DNA of 64,000 nt, from contig JBNJNM010000021.1 of the NCBI GenBank assembly GCA_052426225.1, positions 2,294,001 to 2,358,000 on the forward strand, written 5' to 3'. The notes below the pieces were generated by a model that had not been told where the DNA came from, did not search any database, and saw only the letters and a list, made by a program, of their open reading frames with translations. Origin of the DNA: Zancudomyces culisetae HAW-14-8 (Eukaryota; Fungi; Kickxellomycota). Below, in pieces: positions 36,845 to 49,333 of the stretch; positions within the stretch are counted from its first letter, which is position 1; every line of letters starts with the position of its first letter. The translations under genes were made by a program, and so were the position numbers.

Positions 36845-38238
36845 ATGGGGGACAGAAGCGTAATTGTGGTTGACAATGGCACTGGTGTACGTAAAAGTCG
36901 TTATTTGACTACTATGTTGAAATTTTTATTATTCTTCAGAAATTAAAGAAATAATGTAAAAACATACTAAATAGTTTGCAAAAGTCGGATATGCGGGTTC
37001 TAATTTTCCAGAGCATGTATTTCCATCTGTTGTGGGAAGGCCCATGTTGCGGGCAGAAGAAGCTAACAATGCAGCCGACTTACCCTTAGAAGTTAAAGAC
37101 ATTAATATCGGCAACGAGGCAGCGGCTTTGAGATCAGTATTGTCAATGTCCTACCCATTGGAAAACGGAATTATAAAAAATTGGGAGGATATGAGACACG
37201 TCTGGAACTATACGTTTTATGAAAAACTCAAAATAGATCCCAGAGAAACAAAAATATTGTTGACGGAGGCTCCATTGAATCCACGCTCTAACAGGGAAAA
37301 GATGGTAGAGGTGATGTTTGAGGAATATGGCTTTGAAAGCGTCTATGTAGCTATCCAAGCCGTCCTTACTTTGTACGCACAAGGTATGGCATTTTTAATC
37401 AAATCTTGTTTTTTTTTTAATGATTTTAATATAGTCACAGAGGGGTATCTTGGGAAATAATAGTGATAAAATCTATTATCAATAATCCAACAAAATAGGT
37501 CTTTTGACAGGTGTTGTGATAGACTCAGGCGATGGTGTTACTCATATCATTCCGGTTTATCAGGGTTACTCTCTGCCACATCTAACTAGACGATTGGATG
37601 TTGCGGGTAGACATGTTACACACTATCTTATCAAATTGCTGCAAGCGCGTGGATATGCTTTCAATCGTACCGCTGATTTTGAAACTGTACGGCAAATCAA
37701 AGAAAAGACATGTTACGTTAGCTTTGACCTGGAATTGGACAGAAAGCTGGCCACAGAAACAACTACATTGGTAAAGTCATACACTTTGCCCGATGGTAGG
37801 GTTATCAAAATATCCTCAGAAAGATTCCAGGCACCTGAATGTCTATTCCAGCCAGAACTGATAAACGTTGAATCTCCTGGTGTTGCTGAAATGCTGCTTA
37901 ATGTTGTTCAAGAGGCATCAATCGACATCAGAGCCGATTTATACAAACATGTAGTCCTTTCCGGGGGAAGTTCAATGTATGCCGGATTCCCCAGCAGACT
38001 AGAAAAAGAAGTTAAACAGCTTTATCTGGAAAGAGTGTTGAATGGGAATGTCGAGCGGCTTGACAAGTTCAAATTGCAGATTGACGATCCTCCAAACAGA
38101 AAGCATATGGTGTTTTTGGGAGGTGCCGTTCTTGCTGATGTAATGAAAAACAATGAAAGTGCCTGGATTACCAGAGCTGAATGGGAAGAGATGGGGGTTA
38201 AGTCTCTTGAAAAGATCTCTTATGCTGGGATGTTATAA
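36845..38238 (+). CDS. ARP2: Actin-related protein 2 (3 coding exons)
   Basis: [69 protein letters not shown] are Arp2-specific. Confidence 0.97.
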
Positions 38239-39348
38239 ATTTCACTCCATTTTTTTATCTTGCTGTTTTTTTTTTTAACATGCATCTGTGTTTGTTTCAA
38301 GCGACGACTATGCCTAGTTTTATTACATTATTATACCATTCTATTACTAAAGATACGATTTTTGCTATATTTTGTCTACGCTTTCTTCAAAAGCTATCAG
38401 TGGTCAATACAAATATAACTCTTCGGAGTTTTTATTATCAGTTATAACATTTTCAATTATTTCTAGAAATAAAGTCGTTAATAAGCTGGTGGCATAAGCT
38501 TTGAATCAAACATTTTGTTTGTTTTATATGCGGTTACTCTTTGATGAGAAAGGGAGCTGTAAATAAACTATCAGACTTCTAGCTCCTAAACTCACCCTCC
38601 CGCCCCCCTCCCCCCTCAATCCTCCCCACAAATTAAGATTGGTGGTAGGGCGAGGTTGGATGTCGAGTATATCGTTTTCTTTACAGTATAGACGCCATAC
38701 TATAATGTTAAATGCGGGTGGATGATGATAAAGGCCAGATACAGGGCTTTGCTGGGAAAGCGATGAAGCCAATAAATTCTCAGATCACCATGCACACATT
38801 CATTAGAGAGCTCAAATTTTTTACTTTTCTTTTTTTTAAAAAAAAGATAGTACTGGATTGTACTAGGGGAAAAGCAGGCTAAACAATAAAAGAGACATTC
38901 CGCGGGATGAACTTTGCAATTGGTGTTTATTTCATTCTGATTGATGTCGGGTGCATTTTCCTCAATTCATGTAAATCATTCTGCAGATAGAATAGTAATT
39001 AATTGCTATATTTTAGTTACTAATTGGTAAATTAGGCGTAGAAAAGACCAAACAAATTTGCCTATTATATTAAAGTGTCGTTTTAGACAAAAAAAGGAAA
39101 TCAATGGTATTACAAAGAATGCAGCAAGATATTTGCAGATCCTGCTGAAGGCAAAAGAAAGAAAAAAGTACATTAAGTGTCGGCTTGTGAGTTCATGGTA
39201 TTTTTTTTGATTCATTTATAAACAACTCGAGTATCATGTGTTCCGTATGAAAAAATTAAATATACAATTTACATTTCGTTACCAGAACACTTTATTACGT
39301 ATTACTCTACTTTAGTGTAAAGCAGTATAAGTATCAGTAGATAAAAAA

Positions 39349-41157
39349 ATGCTTGTCCCGAAACTTTACAAAAGAAAGATCCTAAGGGCTTCAATGTATA
39401 CTATCTCCCTTATTGTGTTTTTGGAAATATTTATCCAGGTATTAGAATATATTGCAGGTAGTACTATTAGTCGGCAACCAGTGGATATATATCTAAAGAA
39501 GGAAAATATTTTGAGCAAAGTGGAGGCTAAAGACAAGTTTTATGAAGTTTTTGGAATAGGTAGATTTTTAAGAGATATTCTTGGCCATGGGAGCCAAATA
39601 AGCATACTCAGGAAAAATAGACAGGGCTCTAGGAATGATGATACCAATGGAGACACAGGATATGTGAACGAAATTAGGAAACAAGAGGTAATAGAAGCCA
39701 TCAAGTTTGTATGGAGAGAAGGGTATGCTAAATATGCGTTTGGAAAGGACGAGCTCAAGCCTGTAACGAAAGGATACAGCCAAAAATGGGGCGGGTTGGG
39801 TGTAACGCTTATAGATTCCCTTGATACATTGTACTTGGTAGGATTATACGATGAGTTTAAAGCAGGAAAGGATCACATTAAAAATATCGATTTTAGCAAG
39901 CTAAGCGGTGATAAAAACAAAAGGACGAGTGTCTTTGAAACAGTGATTCGAATAGTTGGTGGGCTTCTCAGCATATATGAAATAAGTGGAGAAAAAGTAT
40001 TTTTGGAAAAAGCTGTAACTGTAACTGATATATTGATGTCTTGCTATGATGAAGGCAACAAATTCCCATATCCGTATATTAACTATAACACAAAAAAGCC
40101 AATCGAAACGATGGAAAGCACGCTCGCAGATATGGCCTCAATCCAGTTAGAAATGCTCAAACTCTCACAGCTTACTGGAAACCAAACATACTACCAAAAA
40201 GCCAAAAGGGTAATTGATCATCTACAGGACACCGATGGAAAGGTTCCGGGAGCTGCTTTGGGTTTGTTTCCAGTAGTTGCAGATGTAAAGTATGGTTTTT
40301 TGGCAGGAAGAATCACAGTTGGGGGATGTGGCGATAGTTTCTACGAATACTTGTTGAAATTAGCTATATTAGATAAAGACAATCACAGTCAGTACAGAAA
40401 AATGTATAAAAGGTCCATAGAGGCAATTAAAGACAACATGGTTTACTTGTCAAAAGGTGGGCCAGAAGGTTTGGTATTTGTATCCGAACTGGAGTATGAT
40501 GGAAGTACGGCAAATGGGCAAATGGAGCATTTGGCATGTTTTCTACCAGGTATACTCGCTTTGGGATCTAAGGTGCTGAATCGCACTCAAGATTTACCAC
40601 TGGCCAAAGATCTGATGTACACATGCTATTCACTATACAAGCATTCGCCCACGGGGCTTAGTCCTGAGACAGTAGTTTTTGAATTTGACTCGAAGATCAA
40701 AGGGTATTCGAGTGTTACAAAGAAAATGCTAAAGAAAAGAGCTCAAATTCCAGTAATCAATCAGCGTAGATTTACAAGCAATAACAGCGATGCCTTTAAT
40801 GGCACTTTTAAGGCTAAAGAAAGTAAATATATTTTGCGACCAGAGACTGTTGAGTCGTTGTTTTATTTATATCGAATAACTGGAGATACCAAGTACCAGG
40901 ACTGGGGATATGAAATATTCTCTGCAATACAAAAATACACAAAAACACCAGCGGGGTATGCAGAATACAGCGATGTTGCCGTTTCCGATCCTGAAAAAAT
41001 TGAGGCCAACTGGCGAGATAATATGGAAAGTTTCTTTATCTCTGAGACGCTAAAATACTTGTACTTGTTGTTTAGCTCGCCAGAGATACTGTCTTTAGAT
41101 GAATATGTATTTAATACAGAAGCCCATCCATTTAAAATTGGGTTGAAGAATCCCTAA
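39349..41157 (+). CDS. GH47 alpha-1,2-mannosidase (type II membrane)
   Basis: N-terminal TM helix, AFGKDELKP, LIDSLDTL, VFETVIRIVGGLLS, DSFYEYLLK, MEHLACF, LRPETVES, MESFFISETLKY, NTEAHP. Confidence 0.95.
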   Translation: MLVPKLYKRKILRASMYTISLIVFLEIFIQVLEYIAGSTISRQPVDIYLKKENILSKVEAKDKFYEVFGIGRFLRDILGHGSQISILRKNRQGSRNDDTNGDTGYVNEIRKQEVIEAIKFVWREGYAKYAFGKDELKPVTKGYSQKWGGLGVTLIDSLDTLYLVGLYDEFKAGKDHIKNIDFSKLSGDKNKRTSVFETVIRIVGGLLSIYEISGEKVFLEKAVTVTDILMSCYDEGNKFPYPYINYNTKKPIETMESTLADMASIQLEMLKLSQLTGNQTYYQKAKRVIDHLQDTDGKVPGAALGLFPVVADVKYGFLAGRITVGGCGDSFYEYLLKLAILDKDNHSQYRKMYKRSIEAIKDNMVYLSKGGPEGLVFVSELEYDGSTANGQMEHLACFLPGILALGSKVLNRTQDLPLAKDLMYTCYSLYKHSPTGLSPETVVFEFDSKIKGYSSVTKKMLKKRAQIPVINQRRFTSNNSDAFNGTFKAKESKYILRPETVESLFYLYRITGDTKYQDWGYEIFSAIQKYTKTPAGYAEYSDVAVSDPEKIEANWRDNMESFFISETLKYLYLLFSSPEILSLDEYVFNTEAHPFKIGLKNP

Positions 41158-41258
41158 TAACACCCGCCCATGTACACATGATATAATATTAAAGCCGGAA
41201 GACTACTTGAGGAGTGTAAAAAGCAGGAGGTGAGTTGAGGTGGGGGGGATAAATAGGG

Positions 41259-42583
41259 TCATAGATATTCGTTCGCCTCGTCAATATTTGATATATTATT
41301 CATGATTCCTGATTGCTTATTTTCTTTGGGATCAGTCATTGAGCCTTTATAGACCCTAATATGTCTATCAGTGCTACTATCATTGGTACCCAGATGCGAA
41401 TATTGAATGTAATATACCTTTTCCAACAAGTCTTTGTATAGTCTACGAATAGTTCGAAGCTTTGGCATCTTTACCCATGTCTTTTGCCATTCAATACTCG
41501 CTTTGTTGCCCTCTTTTTGCAGTTCTGTTTGTATTATATCTTTGAATAGGTTATATCTTTTTTTAACAATCGATGTGCCCTGATCACTTTGACCTTGGTG
41601 AGCGAAACCAAGCACGTTTAAATTATTTGTTACTCTTATTCCTGAATTTCTTTTGTGTGTTTTAATGTATCCATCAAAAATAACTCCTGTTTGCGATCGA
41701 AATTCCAGCTCATTTATCACTGGAATGGGCAATGGAGGGTAAAGCTTTGAAATCATTTTTTCATAGTGCCGTTGTTGTAACTTCTCGACGTTTTTGCGTG
41801 TATATTCCCGATGCGTTGGAACTTTGACCTGTATTCCACCAAGTCCAAGTTGTTTAAGTGCCAGTTGATACAAAACCGGGTGTGACTTTTTAAAGGCATT
41901 CGTGTCAAATGGCAACTTTTCTCCGTGCTTGAGCTCTGTTTCTTTCTGTGTAGACCATCACCACAACCAATATATTGACTGTTAGTAGCGTTGTCTCGTA
42001 TATTAGCATTTTAAATTTCCTTAAATAAACAACACAAGACCTCGGACAATACAAAAATAGAATAGTAATATTTGCTTACTAGTATGATTTTCCACTTTAG
42101 CTTGCCGACCCTTCCATATCCATATTCCAAGACCTTTTTTATGCTTTTTATGTCACCCTGGTTCGCTTTAACTATTTTTCTATATTTCTATCCATAAAGG
42201 TTTGCGTTAATGTTATTAATACACAATTTTTAAAGTGTATGTAAGAAATTCACAACTGAAAGCAATAACCTGCTTACCCTTTTTCCAACAGTGTATTTTC
42301 GATATATTTTCTTTTCGTTTTTCTCGTTGCTCCATTTTTCAAAACTCTCTCTTGCAGAATTTTTGATGTACTCCCTAATATTGTTATCAGTATATAAGAG
42401 TCATCATTTAAAGTTTTTACTTTCACTAAAAACATATCTAAAAACAAAAGCGATATTTTCGTGGTACCTGGTATTATCATCAAAGAATTTTCTTGCCTCA
42501 CTTAGAATTCTCCTATATAACACCCTTACGTGCTTTTTCGTAACGTGTGGTGTTTTATACGATACATTTACCAGGAAGTCCAT
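41259..42583 (-). CDS. LYR-motif-containing protein, probably mitochondrial (multi-exon)
   Basis: First exon from ATG 42583 reads ...KHVRVLYRRILSEARKFFDDNTR (LYR motif). The downstream exon contains the 41259-41915 ORF (RTIRRLYKDLL). Internal exons were not fully resolved. Confidence 0.6.
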
Positions 42584-42922
42584 TTGATCATTTGTCGAGT
42601 TCTACGCTCCTGACTGTTTCGTTGTATTGTGATTCTCTGAAAGTTTAGTACATAAACAACCTAAAGTAAAATTTTGATTACTTTGATTTTTGATTCGCAG
42701 TGTTTTTGTGGTAAAAAAATTTTAATATGAAAAGCATTGCTGCTGACTAGAAATATCCCAGTCATCTAGTGGTCAAGGCGGGAGAATATAGTTAACGAGT
42801 TTATTTTTTGGTGGTGGTAGCTGGGCAGCTAGTGCTCAGCTTGAGAATAAAAAGTAAGTAGAAAAGGAAAAGAGATACACTAAAAGCAAACCGTTTGCAA
42901 TAATATGAATCAGAACAAGTAA

Positions 42923-43626
42923 CTATCCATAGCATCTAATTGGGTCAGAACAACTTTTTCCAGCCTTTTGGCCGCCCTTTTCCAAGTATCTTTGATGGTA
43001 TTCCTCGGCTGGGTAGAAAACTGTAGCTGGTAGAATCTGTGTCATAATTGGGAAATCAAAGCTTTTTTGGTGCTCTTCTTTACTCTTGGTGGCGAGCTCT
43101 TTTTGCTCCTCGGTATGGTAGAATATCGCAGAGCGGTACTGAGTACCAATATCGTTTCCTTGGCGATTTAGCTGGGTGGGATCATGCTTTTTCCAAAAGG
43201 CCTTTAGGATATCAGAGTATGAAATTACTTCTGGATCGTATTCAAGCAGAACAGCCTCAGCATGGTCAGTAGTTCCGGTGCTATGTTAAATAAGGAAATA
43301 TGTAATAGTAGAAAGAAAGCCCCATCCCCTCCCCCCGCACAAATTTAATTTAATAGACTTGTTCTAAATGTAAAAGAAAATAAAAAGCGACGAGAAAAGC
43401 TATATAATACTTACCACACCTGCTTGTATGTTGGATTCTCAGTCTTCCCGCCAGTAAAGCCGACTTGTGTTTGTATTACGCCTGGCATTCTCTGGTAATA
43501 CAATTCGACACTCCAAAAACAGCCGGCTGCCAACGTAGCCCATTGTGACTTTGGATTATCGCTTTTCACCAGGGGTTGTGCAAGTTGGGTCGACATTCTT
43601 TTTGTTAGATTTGAAAAGAATCTCAT
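42923..43626 (-). CDS. MXR1: Peptide methionine sulfoxide reductase MsrA (2 exons)
   Basis: [10 protein letters not shown]...VGFTGG...NPTYKQV, then [22 protein letters not shown] and [14 protein letters not shown]. Confidence 0.93.
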
Positions 43627-43697
43627 TTAAAAGTATAAACAAAATAACTAAGTCAAGTCCAAGTAAAGTATGAAAATAAAATCAGAAAGTGGTAAAG

Positions 43698-43756
43698 GAG
43701 AATTAGGAGAATTAGGAGAATTATGAGAATTAGGAGAATTATGAGAATTATGAGAA
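43698..43756. repeat. 9-bp tandem repeat GAGAATTA(G/T), ~6.5 copies, upstream of MsrA
   Basis: Directly visible tandem array. Confidence 0.85.
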
Positions 43757-44467
43757 GTGGACGGTTTAGCAAAAATTAAAATGTTTGGTTTCAAGTTCGA
43801 GTAAAAAAAAAGTGTGATTGGAATGCAAAAGCCTCTATTTTTGTGGTGTTAGTTGGTGATTTTCAGCTCAAAATTATTAGTAAATGGTTTAAATAGACTA
43901 ATGCTTGACAAAAACTGGTAGTTCAGTAAAACAAAGCTTATTAATAGTGCAAAGATGATGTAGAGTGGAATAGCCCAGAAATAAGCGTATATGACGAAAA
44001 AGCAGCTATCCTCTTAGTACAGTTATCAGTTTTCCATTTATTTATATTTCAACATTTTTCTAATAAACAAAAGACCCCCAAAACTAGTGTTATTTGGATT
44101 GGAAATGATAGGACAAAGAAAAGACAATTAAATAAGAAATATATGAAACAAAGTGGGATATATAAAGATTTATGGAATAAAAGCACTTTATATTTCTCCT
44201 CATTACCCAATATGGAGAAAATGCGTATCCGTGTATACTTTTGTAGCATCAGTTCCAAAGAAATGATCTGTTAATAAAGGGATCATTTGGAAAAGGCTTG
44301 TCTTAATTCTTGAACAGAAAGAAAGGCGGTCTTTGCAACACCCTCAAGGCTATTATATTTGTAGTTAGTTAATTAGTGCCAAGTCATGAATAGAGCATGA
44401 GGCCACTGGCTGACACGCTTTTGGATGATTTAAAAATAAAAACATTTAGAAGAAATAATAGACGTGT

Positions 44468-45484
44468 TTACTTTATATCTCCCCAGCTTCTTTCTGAGTT
44501 TTCCTGAGCCTCTATTTCATCCTGCTGTGTTGTAGCTCGCAGTATTATTTTTTTACTTGCTTCCTGTACCTCACCACTCATTATATATTCATTCAGTATG
44601 AAATAGGCCTACAAACACATTAAAAAAATCATTAGTGTTACTTTTCTAAATAGTGAACAATAACTGCTGAGCGCAATTCTGTAGCCAGGATAATGTTATT
44701 TTTATTCGTACCTTTTGGAAATTAAAGATCAAGTCCAGTTCGCAGACCTAATAAATGATTATGAAGCACGTTGTCGTTTTTAGTATAGTACAAGGTCAAA
44801 CCCCTTAACAAACATCCAAGGGTTATAATAAGCTCACAACGGAAATCAATCATACTTACATTTCCAAAATATTTGTCCAACACCTCTACAAATCGGTGGA
44901 TTACTTCCAAGACAATAAGTTCGTTAAGGTCTTGCTTTATACCAGCAATAAAGTACAGACTGGCGTATCTATTAGCATCGAAAATATGTTTGTTTTAACC
45001 TTTGTAACCGCAATACACTCCTAGCTTTGATATCCATTGTACTCTATGCTCATAGCATAAAGCAAAGATAATAGTATTTTTTAAAGTAAATTATGCTACT
45101 CACTTTCTGTATACCACTTTTTTCCCTAAAAAATAAAAAACTAAAGGTGTTAATGTGCATCTATAACAATTAAAATAAAATGGTAAGAATAGTAAATGGA
45201 AGTATACCTTTATAGTCGACAAAATTGCACGCTTTTCCTTTACGGGCAAGAACAGTTTTCGTTAAATCTTTTAGAATCTTGGTCTTTTCTTTTTGAGATA
45301 TCGGGATATACCATTGAGCCAGCCTAACTTTTCCCTGCCGACTGACCAGCAACAAGTAATCAATCTATTTGACAAGCCGAGAATGTTTGTTGGGGTGTAT
45401 AGTGAAAAAGATTGAACATAAAGAGTATGACATTCACAGAGATCCAGCTGCAATCTTACAGCTTTGTTTGATACTTACCGCCAT
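44468..45484 (-). CDS. APS1: AP-1 clathrin adaptor sigma subunit (6 exons)
   Basis: [21 protein letters not shown]...KVVYR-KYASLYF...[36 protein letters not shown]. Confidence 0.9.
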
Positions 45485-46091
45485 CTTTGCTCCTATATCT
45501 ATTGAATTTGGTTTGGTCTATCGTGGTTTTCCTGATGGTCAAAAATCCAAAAATCTTGAATTTGAAAATAGGTGATAAACAGAGTTCAATGATCTAGTTG
45601 TCGCAATGCTCGCAGCTGAAATCGCTTCCTTTGTTAGACCTTCACTTTTAGCGGGTCGGATTTAAAATCTATACAATTCTAATGTATTCTTAGTACGTTG
45701 TTGTTAACTATGCTTTAATAAACGGTTTATTTAATTGGATATCTTTTTGCAAATTGTTAATTGCGTTTCTAAAATAGTTGCGGTGTGGAAATAAATTAGC
45801 ATTATTTTTTTGGCCAATGGCAGCATTACCTGTCTGTAAAGCATTCAGCTCGATTCTTTGAGTAAATATTGAGAAAAAGGTAAACAATACACCACCAAAG
45901 AATGCACCCATACAGGAGAGTAGTATTCTCTTTATTGACCTAAACCATACTAAAGAGTTAAAAACATACAACTAAATCAAATGTAGACATTTAACTAGTA
46001 TAAAGACTTGCTGATGAAAAATTAAGAAACTTCGTGGCAAATATTATGCAGTAAATAGTATATTGTAAAAAGAGAGGGGCCAGTTTAAGAT

Positions 46092-47510
46092 TTAGATGTC
46101 TTTTTTTCGTTAGCCTCCTCCTTTTCTTTTGTAATAATATTAGTGATTTCCTCTGCCTCTTCAACCGTCAATCTCTATTTGTATCCATCATACCATGTTG
46201 GTTATAGCTTGAACAAATAAAGAAGTTATCTGTGCAATATTTAAAAAATGTAAACTATAAATAACAAAGATAATAAAAGACAGAAACAGATAGAAATCCC
46301 AATATTACCTTCACTCCATCCTTAGTAATATAAACCACTTCAATGTTTTTAGCACCGGTCTGCACAACCTATTTGAATATCATTAGCTTAGACTACAATT
46401 CAAAGTTAAATAATACCAAATGAAAATGGAAGCGAGGAATTACCTCCATCAAAGCTTTAATAGTGAGCTTAATAGCCTCGCTCTCCTCCAAATCCGGTTT
46501 ATAGTTTTTTTCGAGGTATTCTCGCACTGTATCTGAGTTTCTGCCAATAGAGTCCGCCTAATTGCCAGTTTCCAATGTATTATATCCATAATATTGGAAA
46601 ATGTTAGTAATCTTGAATTAAAAAGTCAGACTATAAAGAGGCAGGTTTAAATACCAAGGTATCTATACCACATAAAATAATCGAAATTAAAATTAAAATA
46701 TGAACATTACCATCCATTCATAATAGTTTCCTGAGGGATCGGTCTGGAACAATCTTGGGGTGTTATCGGGATCGATTCCAACAATCAAAGTGCTGATTCC
46801 AAATGGTCTGCGACCTCCACTCTGCGTATATTTCTGTAATTGTGTGTAATTTTTTAAATATTATTTCAGATTCACATCATTTGAAACGGGGCTTGTAAAA
46901 AAAAAACACAAAAACACAAAAACAAGAAAAAGTAAATTCAAATAAATAAGCTTACCTGTTGGATACCCGCTATGTATCTAGTAATATATTCGATCGTTAC
47001 TGGATCTTCCACAGTCAAAATATGACTCTGGCATTGTATACGCGCTTTATCTACTAGCACTCTGGAATCCGCGTTCAATCCTATCCATTTGGTCATTGTT
47101 TTATTCAATCATTAACCTACAAATCAGCTTTTAAAAAAACAAAAAAGATACTTTAACAGATGGGCACGAACCTGCAGAAGCTAAAAGCACATGCTCATCG
47201 AGCTTATGGATTTTTCTAAATGTTCTAGAATCTTGTAATTTCGCAACTGCCTTTTTTTCTACCCCTAGTACTACACAGTTTTTACCACGTAATCCAACCT
47301 ATAAATGTAAAAACAAATAAAAGTATGAATATAAGAAAATGTACATATTTTCTTTTTAGAATAAAATGCCATAAAATAGAACAGGAGGGAGAATTAATAA
47401 ATCAAAAACTCAACTGCACAGGTTCCCTTCTTGACCGCTTCTTGAGCATAGTCAACCTGGAAAAGATGGCCATCTGGGGAAAAGACTGTCAAAGCACGAT
47501 CATAAGACAT
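46092..47510 (-). CDS. PRE6: 20S proteasome subunit alpha-4 (7 exons)
   Basis: [29 protein letters not shown]...[14 protein letters not shown]...[16 protein letters not shown]...[11 protein letters not shown]. Confidence 0.93.
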
Positions 47511-48625
47511 TTTCTCGGTTTACTATGGCGTTTTTTTATTTATTTTATGTTGTTATATTTTGTATTGTGTTTATTTTTTTGCCGATTTTAAATTATTTAG
47601 AAAATGAAAAATGATTGCGTAATTAAAGAGCCAATTTGTAGATTCCAATTTGGCTTAAAAAAAATTAATACAAAAAAAAACGTATTCAATAGCTAGAAAA
47701 TCTGAAAATGGAAATTGACACTGGTGCTGGCTGTTTTCTATGGCTCTGGTTACAGGTGTGTGATGGAACGCTATATTAATTGTTGTTAATGTTGCTCTGT
47801 TATTCAGTTTATTTAATCAAATATTCCTTATAATAAGTGTAGTTATAATATATACTTCATCCTGAATAAAGAAAAAAAGATTATCATTCATCTTTTTGGT
47901 CCCATACCATCCTTTATGTGTAAAACGTACACTCGGGCAGTTGTATAAAAATCACATTAGGACGTCTAAATAATTGTAATTCATGAAATCAAGGGCGCTT
48001 AGTGGATGAGCAAAAATTACTCATTCACACTGACCTCCAAATATATTCTACTTGACTGTATGATGTAAATATATAGTAGATGTTATTAGTTATCTGATAC
48101 ACCTCTCAACTAATGTGATGGCTGAGTTTGGTATAGACTGATTATGTCAGTTATACTCAGATCTCGGATCACTTCACTAGTTCTGATTGCTGCTATACGA
48201 ATGTTCGAACTATATTTACTATTGAATAATAATAATAAATACCAAGTAAATTAAATCAAATAATAATTACTAGAAGTACTGGATATATATATAAACGTAA
48301 TGTAAAGTATATTCGGTTAAGAAAGACTAAAGATATTTCTTTTCGATGTCCCCTCTCGATATATTCGGTTTGCTATTCACTTTACTGTCATAGATCGTTT
48401 ATACTATTTATCCCGCTTGCTCTCATTGGTGATTATCTTCCGCTCAGGAATTGCGATTGATTAGTTGGCAAAAAGGATGTAGCCATTATACTACTATGTA
48501 AGAAAATCAATAACGGGTGAGACTATGGAAACCCACACACTAGTCAATGTTTGTTTTAGTAGACTAGACAAGGTTGTTATGTATGTTTTGCAACCATAAA
48601 CAAAAGAGAAAAATTGCAAAAGGAA

Positions 48626-48707
48626 TCCGAGAACCCGGATTTGAACCAGGGACCTAGAGATAACAGATTGACTACAGTCTCCCGCTCTACCGCTGAGCTA
48701 TTCTCGG
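48626..48707 (-). tRNA. tRNA-Tyr(GTA) with a 10-nt intron
   Basis: Minus strand CCGAGAATAGCTCAGCGGTAGAGCGGGAGACTGTAG[tcaatctgtt]ATCTCTAGGTCCCTGGTTCAAATCCGGGTTCTCGGA; intron at the canonical 37/38 position. Confidence 0.93.
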
Positions 48708-48722
48708 ATATTTTTGTTTTTT

Positions 48723-49333
48723 TGTAAAAATATATAAGTTGTAACTATATACCTTTAATATTATGTGCTATATTGGACGGGTCAGTTTTAATAATATATA
48801 CATATGTTATACAATTATTTATTATAGGAAAAGGCCAATTTATTAATTAATTCCATTCAAACATAATTATGATAATTCTATAAAATGCATAAATTAAACT
48901 AATCAATAAAATTGAGACAACTCTTCAGTATAGTTTACTATACGACATTTGTTATTTTTTTTTTTGACTTTAACTTTTAATATCTTAAAATATACTTGAA
49001 CTTTGTCCTACTCTCTTACTGTACTAAATATTCGTTAATATTGTTATTATTAACTATTGAATATTAAGTATACTGAATAAAAAAACTTATTACTACAATT
49101 TGTTTATATTAAAGATATGTTTAATTTTGTTATTTCAAACACGTTAATACTTTTACTGCTTACTTAAAGTTACTAGATTAACTATACAAAGATACATAAA
49201 CTTTACCACTGAAAGTTAAAGATAAATTTGTATCTACTGTTTATAACCTGTAATATAAATCATAATACTAATTAAAAACATTCGATTAATAAACTAAACT
49301 GTTTCAAGGTATGTCTTGGTTTACTATATTACA
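48723..49333 (-). mobile_element. Old solo LTR, family D (copy 2), 15 bp upstream of tRNA-Tyr
   Basis: TGTAA...TTACA termini. Diverged homology to 16224-16801 (e.g. GACCCGTCCA, CAATAAAATTG(G/A)GACAACTCTT, GTATAGTTTACT, and matching left ends). Confidence 0.7.

Noticed and set aside
43698-43756. 9-bp tandem repeat as a CRISPR array or telomeric repeat
   Set aside because: No spacers, eukaryotic context and not a telomere motif; it is a simple minisatellite.
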